Shown one piece after another: positions 58,655 to 64,000 of a stretch of 64,000 nucleotides of DNA. The position numbers and the translations under genes are program-made. The notes under the pieces are model-generated. The model made no database searches. It was not told the origin of the DNA and was given only the letters and a program-made list of their open reading frames with translations. The stretch's first letter is position 1; the number at the start of each line of letters is the position of its first letter. The DNA is from an uncultured Prevotella sp. (lineage in GTDB: Bacteria > Bacteroidota > Bacteroidia > Bacteroidales > Bacteroidaceae). The stretch is from the NCBI GenBank assembly GCA_900770025.1, contig CAAGIW010000051.1:9284-73283 (forward strand), written 5' to 3'.

Positions 58655-59689
58655 ATGTCGTACAACAGCAATGTACTGCTTATTTATACCGGTGGCACCA
58701 TCGGCATGAGCCGCAATCCGTTGACAGGTGCCTTAGAGCCACTCAACTTTGAGCATCTGCTGAACAACGTGCCCGAGTTGGAGCAGTTTTCCACCCAGAT
58801 AGCCACCTATCAGTTCAATCCTCCCATCGACAGCAGCGATATGTCGCCCAGCCTATGGACAGAAATTGCACACATCATTGCCAATAATTATAATGTATAT
58901 GACGGGTTTGTGGTGCTGCATGGCACCGACACCATGGCTTATACCGCATCGGCACTGAGCTATATGCTGGAGAACCTGACCAAACCAGTGATTCTTACCG
59001 GTAGCCAACTGCCCATCGGACAGTTGCGCACCGACGGAAAGGAGAATCTGATTACCAGTATCGAGATAGCGGCAGCGAAAAAACACGACGGCACTGCCTG
59101 CGTGCCTGAAGTGGGCATCTACTTCAACGGGCACCTGATGAGAGGCAATCGCACCACCAAACAGAGTGCCGATGAGTTTAATGCCTTCGAGAGTTTCAAT
59201 TTTCCGCATTTGGTAGAAGCAGGTGTCAACATCACCTATAACGACCATGTGATACTGAAGCCCGACTTCAGCAAGCCCATGACTCCCCACTTCAGAATGG
59301 ACAACAACGTGATTGTGTTTACCCTTTTCCCCGGCATCCGCGAAGACCTGGTGCGACACATCATCGCCACTCCCAACCTGCGGGCCATCGTGATGCGCAC
59401 CTATGGCAGCGGCAATGCACCACAAAAAGTGTGGCTCACCAATGCCCTGCGCGAGGCCACGCTGCGCGGAAAGGTGGTGGTGAACATCAGCCAGTGCATG
59501 GCTGGCACCGTGGAGATGGGCCGTTACGACACCGGCTATCAGCTGAAGTCGGCCGGTGTGCTGAGCGGTTATGACAGCACTGTGGAGAGTGCCGTGACCA
59601 AACTGATGTATCTGCAGGCAAAATATGATGATGCCGACACCGTGAGAGAATACATGCTGAAAAGCATACGCGGAGAAATCACGGTGTAG
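58655..59689 (+). CDS. ansA: Type I (cytoplasmic) L-asparaginase
   Basis: IYTGGTIGM, IDSSDM, HGTDTMAY and TGSQ. Confidence 0.95.
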   Translation: MSYNSNVLLIYTGGTIGMSRNPLTGALEPLNFEHLLNNVPELEQFSTQIATYQFNPPIDSSDMSPSLWTEIAHIIANNYNVYDGFVVLHGTDTMAYTASALSYMLENLTKPVILTGSQLPIGQLRTDGKENLITSIEIAAAKKHDGTACVPEVGIYFNGHLMRGNRTTKQSADEFNAFESFNFPHLVEAGVNITYNDHVILKPDFSKPMTPHFRMDNNVIVFTLFPGIREDLVRHIIATPNLRAIVMRTYGSGNAPQKVWLTNALREATLRGKVVVNISQCMAGTVEMGRYDTGYQLKSAGVLSGYDSTVESAVTKLMYLQAKYDDADTVREYMLKSIRGEITV

Positions 59690-60950
59690 CAGTGGTTTCC
59701 GCCGGTGTCTTTCTGCGGGTAAACCGCCCTTTCTTCACCGCTTTCTTAGGTTCTATCATCCCTGCCGAGGGGTGAGAAGTTCTGACACCACGGTAAGAGT
59801 TCCACCGCTGCATGATGCGATCCACATAGTCCACCGTTTCAGAACCGCGCATATACCCGTAGCGCACCAAGGGATCATTATAGTATTGCGGTGAAGAAAG
59901 CAACAGCACATAATGGGCCACATTGCTCCAACGCTGCGTGTCCTTGCCATCACGGCGGGCCAGTGCCATGGCATCACGGATGTGGTTGTAGCCTCCGTTG
60001 TAACAGGCAAGCACAAACTTGAGGCGCTCTGAACGCATACGGATATCCGAAAACCTGCGTTCAAGCATGGCCAAATAGCGCGATGCTGCCTCTATATTGC
60101 TTTCGGGGTCGTATATTCTGGCGATGGGCAAGCCCAACAGTTCTGCGGTGGACGGCATAATCTGCATCAGTCCGCAGGCCCCTGCCCACGACTTGGCACG
60201 CGGGTCGAAGGTGGATTCCTGATAGCACTGTGCTGCCATGAGCCTCCAGTCCCAACGTATGTTCATGCTGTAGGTCATAAAAAGATGGTCATAACGCGAA
60301 ATGACTCCCTTGCCGCGGTTCAACATGGGGGCATACACATGGCGCCTCACGCTGTTGGCACTGAGCAGATAACGTTCCTCTTGCCTCACCTGCGCCACGA
60401 GTTCGGGCGAATACCACTGGTCAAGTGCCGTAATGAGTTGCTTCTTTTCGCTGTTCACCACCCACGAGGTGCGGCACGAATCTGCCTTTGCTCCGCACGA
60501 AACCAAGGCCGGAAGCGAGTCGCCCGTCTGCGCATTTGCCCGCTCCACCATTGTGCTGGGCATCTGAAACATCAGCAGGTCGGCCTCTCCCCGTTGCACC
60601 TTGCGCAGCATTTCAAGGGTGTCTCTGCACAGTTCCACCCTGACGGCCACCCCCATTTTCTCTGCAAAGCGGTTGCACAGCAGGTATTGCTCGCCCAGTT
60701 TCTTCCCCTTGTAGTCAAAACAGGTGGCCGGTCCGCTCATGGTCACGGCTATCAGTTCGCCGCCAACCTGTATCTGGGGCAGGTCAAAGGTGTCTGTCAG
60801 GCCCGTACTGTCATTGGCCATATCACCATCTTCCACCAGAATCTCTCCCCAAGGTGTGGCAATGCTCTGCTCCTTGCGCTGTGCACACGAGACCCACAGC
60901 ACAAGAGACAACATACATATCCATACACTTTCTATGCCTTTAAGCCCCAT
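59679..60950 (-). CDS. MltF-like lytic transglycosylase lipoprotein
   Basis: Lipobox-like VSC; SLT motifs QESTF, GLMQIMP and YNGG; start taken as 60950. Confidence 0.85.
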   Translation of the reverse strand: MGLKGIESVWICMLSLVLWVSCAQRKEQSIATPWGEILVEDGDMANDSTGLTDTFDLPQIQVGGELIAVTMSGPATCFDYKGKKLGEQYLLCNRFAEKMGVAVRVELCRDTLEMLRKVQRGEADLLMFQMPSTMVERANAQTGDSLPALVSCGAKADSCRTSWVVNSEKKQLITALDQWYSPELVAQVRQEERYLLSANSVRRHVYAPMLNRGKGVISRYDHLFMTYSMNIRWDWRLMAAQCYQESTFDPRAKSWAGACGLMQIMPSTAELLGLPIARIYDPESNIEAASRYLAMLERRFSDIRMRSERLKFVLACYNGGYNHIRDAMALARRDGKDTQRWSNVAHYVLLLSSPQYYNDPLVRYGYMRGSETVDYVDRIMQRWNSYRGVRTSHPSAGMIEPKKAVKKGRFTRRKTPAETTATP

Positions 60951-61051
60951 TGTGATTACAATTTGATTGCAAAAGTAGTTATTTTCTTGCATATCTGCCT
61001 ATTTTTACTTAAATTTGCCACACTTTTTCGATAAACAATAAAGAAACCATT

Positions 61052-61903
61052 ATGTTAAGAATTGCAGTACAGTCGAAAGGACGTTTGTTCGAGGATACCA
61101 TCAATCTGCTCACCGAGGCGGATATCAAAGTGGGAGCAACCAAGAGAACCTTGCTGGTGCAGGCTTCCAATTTTCCGTTAGAAGTGCTTTACCTGCGTGA
61201 CGACGATATCCCGCAGTGCGTGGCAAACGGTGTGGCCGATCTCGGAGTAGTGGGCGAGAACGAATTTGTGGAGCGTGGCGAAGAGGCGGACGTGATAACC
61301 CGTTTAGGCTTCAGCAAGTGCCGCCTGTCGCTTGCCATCCCCAAAGAGATTGACTATCCCGGACTGGATTGGTTCAACGGCAGGAAGATTGCCACCTCCT
61401 ATCCCAACATCCTGCGACAATTCATGCAGAAGCACGGCATCCAGACAGATATCCACGTCATCAACGGTAGCGTGGAAATCTCTCCGGGCATCGGCCTTGC
61501 CAACGGCATCTTCGACATTGTGAGCAGCGGCTCCACGCTGGTAAGCAACAACCTGAAGGAGGTGGAAGTGGTGATGCAGAGCGAGGCACTGCTGATAGGC
61601 AACAAGAGCATGGACGATGAGAAGAAGAAGACACTGCAGGAGATGCTGTTCCGCTTTGAAGCCGTGCGCAATGCCGAAGACAAGAAATACGTGCGGATGA
61701 ACGCTCCCAAAGCCAAGTTGCAGGAAATCGTAGATGTGCTTCCGGGACTGAAGAGCCCCACCATCATCCCCTTGGCCGACGAAGACTGGTGCTCCGTGCA
61801 TACAGTGTTAGACCAGAAACGCTTCTGGGAGATCATCGGCAAGCTGAAGGAACTGGGGGCACAGGGCATCTTAGTCACTCCCATTGAGAAAATGATTCTG
61901 TAA
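61052..61903 (+). CDS. hisG: ATP phosphoribosyltransferase (long form)
   Basis: IAVQSKGRL, RDDDIP, IATSYP, GSVE and DIVSSGSTL. Confidence 0.98.
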   Translation: MLRIAVQSKGRLFEDTINLLTEADIKVGATKRTLLVQASNFPLEVLYLRDDDIPQCVANGVADLGVVGENEFVERGEEADVITRLGFSKCRLSLAIPKEIDYPGLDWFNGRKIATSYPNILRQFMQKHGIQTDIHVINGSVEISPGIGLANGIFDIVSSGSTLVSNNLKEVEVVMQSEALLIGNKSMDDEKKKTLQEMLFRFEAVRNAEDKKYVRMNAPKAKLQEIVDVLPGLKSPTIIPLADEDWCSVHTVLDQKRFWEIIGKLKELGAQGILVTPIEKMIL

Positions 61904-62047
61904 ACCAGCAAGGCGCAAAGCCTGCAGGTTGAAGGTGGGTACCATCAACTACCACCGTTAACAAACAAATAACATGACCGTGGGTTATTTTATGGAACCC
62001 ACCTAACTCAAATACCTCGGTGGGCATTATAGAGCCCGCCCATACAC

Positions 62048-63334
62048 ATGCAGATATACAGATATCCCACCCAAGACCAGTGGCCGTCACTGGTGGAAAG
62101 ACCGCACTTGGATGTTTCCAAACTGAACGATACGGTGAGCGCCGTACTGGAGGATGTGAGGAAGCGGGGCGATGAGGCCGTGAAGGACTATGAACTGAAG
62201 TTCGACCATGCCGCGCTGAGCACCATCGCCGTAAGCCCACAGGAGATTGACGAATCGGAGCAACGGCTGAGCGAATCACTGAAAGATGCCATCCGTTTGG
62301 CTCATCACAACATCAAGGTGTTCCATGAGTCGCAACGCTTTGAGGGAAAACGGATTGAGACACAGCCCGGGGTGACCTGCTGGCAGAAGAGCGTGGCCAT
62401 AGAGAAGGTGGGACTGTATATTCCCGGGGGCACAGCACCGCTGTTCAGCACCGTGCTGATGCTGGCCACACCTGCCAAGATTGCGGGATGCCATGAAATA
62501 GTGCTCTGCACACCGCCCGCTGCCGACGGTTCGGTGAACCCTGCCATACTCTTTGCCGCCAAGGTGGCCGGCGTGGACAGGATTTTCAAAGCCGGAGGCG
62601 TGCAGGCCATCGGTGCCATGGCTTATGGCACGGAGACGGTGCCCAAAGTGTATAAGATATTCGGACCGGGCAACCAGTACGTGATGGCTGCCAAGCAACA
62701 GGTGAGCCTGCACGATGTGGCCATCGACATGCCTGCCGGTCCATCGGAAGTGTGCGTCATTGCCGACCACACTGCCAACGCCGCCTTTGTGGCTGCCGAC
62801 CTTCTGTCGCAGGCAGAACACGGCATCGACTCACAGGTGTTCTTCATCACCACCAGCGAAGACATGCTGCAACAGGTGCAACAGGAACTGGCTGACCAAC
62901 TGGAACTGCTGCCCAGAAAGGAGATGGCGCGGCAGTCGTTGGACAACAGCAAACTCATCGTGGTGGCATCCACAGCAGAAGCCATTGCCCTGTCCAACGT
63001 GTATGCCCCCGAGCATCTGATTATCCAAACCGAAGACTATGAGCATATAGCCGAGCAAGTGATCAATGCGGGTAGCGTGTTCTTGGGCAAATATGCCTGC
63101 GAGAGTGCCGGAGACTATGCCAGCGGCACCAACCACACCCTGCCCACCCATGGCTATGCCACTGCCTACAGCGGCGTGAACTTAGACAGTTATTGCCGTA
63201 AGATTACCTTCCAACACCTCACGGAGGAAGGCATCAGGCACATCGGAAAGGCTGTGGCAGAGATGGCCGATGCGGAATCGCTCACCGCACATCAGAGAGC
63301 CATGAGCGTGAGAATCAAAGAAATAGAGCAATGA
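62048..63334 (+). CDS. hisD: Histidinol dehydrogenase
   Basis: [34 protein letters not shown] and [13 protein letters not shown]. Confidence 0.98.
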   Translation: MQIYRYPTQDQWPSLVERPHLDVSKLNDTVSAVLEDVRKRGDEAVKDYELKFDHAALSTIAVSPQEIDESEQRLSESLKDAIRLAHHNIKVFHESQRFEGKRIETQPGVTCWQKSVAIEKVGLYIPGGTAPLFSTVLMLATPAKIAGCHEIVLCTPPAADGSVNPAILFAAKVAGVDRIFKAGGVQAIGAMAYGTETVPKVYKIFGPGNQYVMAAKQQVSLHDVAIDMPAGPSEVCVIADHTANAAFVAADLLSQAEHGIDSQVFFITTSEDMLQQVQQELADQLELLPRKEMARQSLDNSKLIVVASTAEAIALSNVYAPEHLIIQTEDYEHIAEQVINAGSVFLGKYACESAGDYASGTNHTLPTHGYATAYSGVNLDSYCRKITFQHLTEEGIRHIGKAVAEMADAESLTAHQRAMSVRIKEIEQ

Positions 63335-64000
63335 TGAAACCACTGAAAGAACTGACACGACCCAATATATGGAACTTGGCTGCATACAGCAGTGCACGCA
63401 ATGAGTATAGCGGCAAGGTGGCAAGGGTTTTCTTGGATGCCAACGAAAACCCCTACAATGCCCCCTACAACAGATACCCCGATCCGCTCCAGCAGGAGGT
63501 GAAGCAACTTGTGTCGCGCATCAAGGGAGTGCCCGTGGAGAATATCTTTTTAGGCAACGGCAGCGACGAGGCCATCGACCTGCCCTATCGCTGCTTCACC
63601 ACACCCGGGGTGGACAACGTGGTGGCGATAGATCCCACCTATGGCATGTACAAGGTGTGTGCCGACATCAATGATGTGGAATACCGCACCGTGGCATTGG
63701 ATGCCCATTTCGACATACAGGCGGAGCGAATACTGGCCGCCTGCGACGAACATACCAAACTGATATGGCTGTGCTCGCCCAATAACCCCACGGGAAACAA
63801 CCTGAAAAGGGAAGAGATAGAAAAGGTTATCACACAATTCCAGGGCTTGGTGATTGTGGATGAAGCCTACAGCGACTTCTCCAAGCAGCGACCGTTCAGG
63901 ACCGACATCCTGAAATACCCCAACCTGATAGTGCTCAACACCATGAGCAAGGCATGGGGATGCGCCGCCATCAGAATGGGCATGGCGTTTGCCTCGCAAG
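63331..64000 (+). CDS. hisC: Histidinol-phosphate aminotransferase, runs off the window end (absent from the ORF track)
   Basis: [53 protein letters not shown] and TMSKAWG. Confidence 0.96.
   Translation, partial: MMKPLKELTRPNIWNLAAYSSARNEYSGKVARVFLDANENPYNAPYNRYPDPLQQEVKQLVSRIKGVPVENIFLGNGSDEAIDLPYRCFTTPGVDNVVAIDPTYGMYKVCADINDVEYRTVALDAHFDIQAERILAACDEHTKLIWLCSPNNPTGNNLKREEIEKVITQFQGLVIVDEAYSDFSKQRPFRTDILKYPNLIVLNTMSKAWGCAAIRMGMAFASQ

Noticed and set aside
60951..61051. Histidine attenuator leader peptide
   Set aside because: The hisG leader is only ~30 nt after its TAAATTTG box, with no His-codon run or terminator.

Overview
64-kb chromosomal segment of a Bacteroidales bacterium, most likely Prevotella-like. 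This rests on gene content, repeated TTTG-N19/20-TAnnTTTG promoters and A-rich translation starts. It holds scattered surface-polysaccharide genes (wza-like, wzz, wzx, wzy, WbsX-like, several GT2s, DegT-type aminotransferase, PglF/CapD, two phosphoglycosyl transferases, glf, rfbA, rfbD, orphan wzt, acyltransferase-3) among housekeeping genes (metH, smpB, glmS-purF-carA-carB, rpe, fmt, ClC, tsaC, prfC, ROK kinase, uxaC, ansA, hisG-hisD-hisC). The most notable accessory signals are: (1) a DUF1848 radical-SAM-like gene plus a nuclease-SF1 helicase-methyltransferase triple fusion sitting antisense inside the polysaccharide locus; (2) an ~83-nt stand-alone sRNA with a full promoter and terminator, divergent from a DUF3791-DUF3990(ART-like)-small gene module, with a second copy of the module whose DUF3990 has decayed; (3) four 22-bp A4-N7-T4-N7 tandem arrays at rearrangement junctions, two sharing a ~140-bp leader; (4) a structured three-way-junction leader ahead of a cluster of glutamine amidotransferases; (5) a GHMP kinase-nucleotidyltransferase fusion. 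No rRNA, tRNA or CRISPR array was recognised. All family assignments come from motif recognition by eye; no searches were run.
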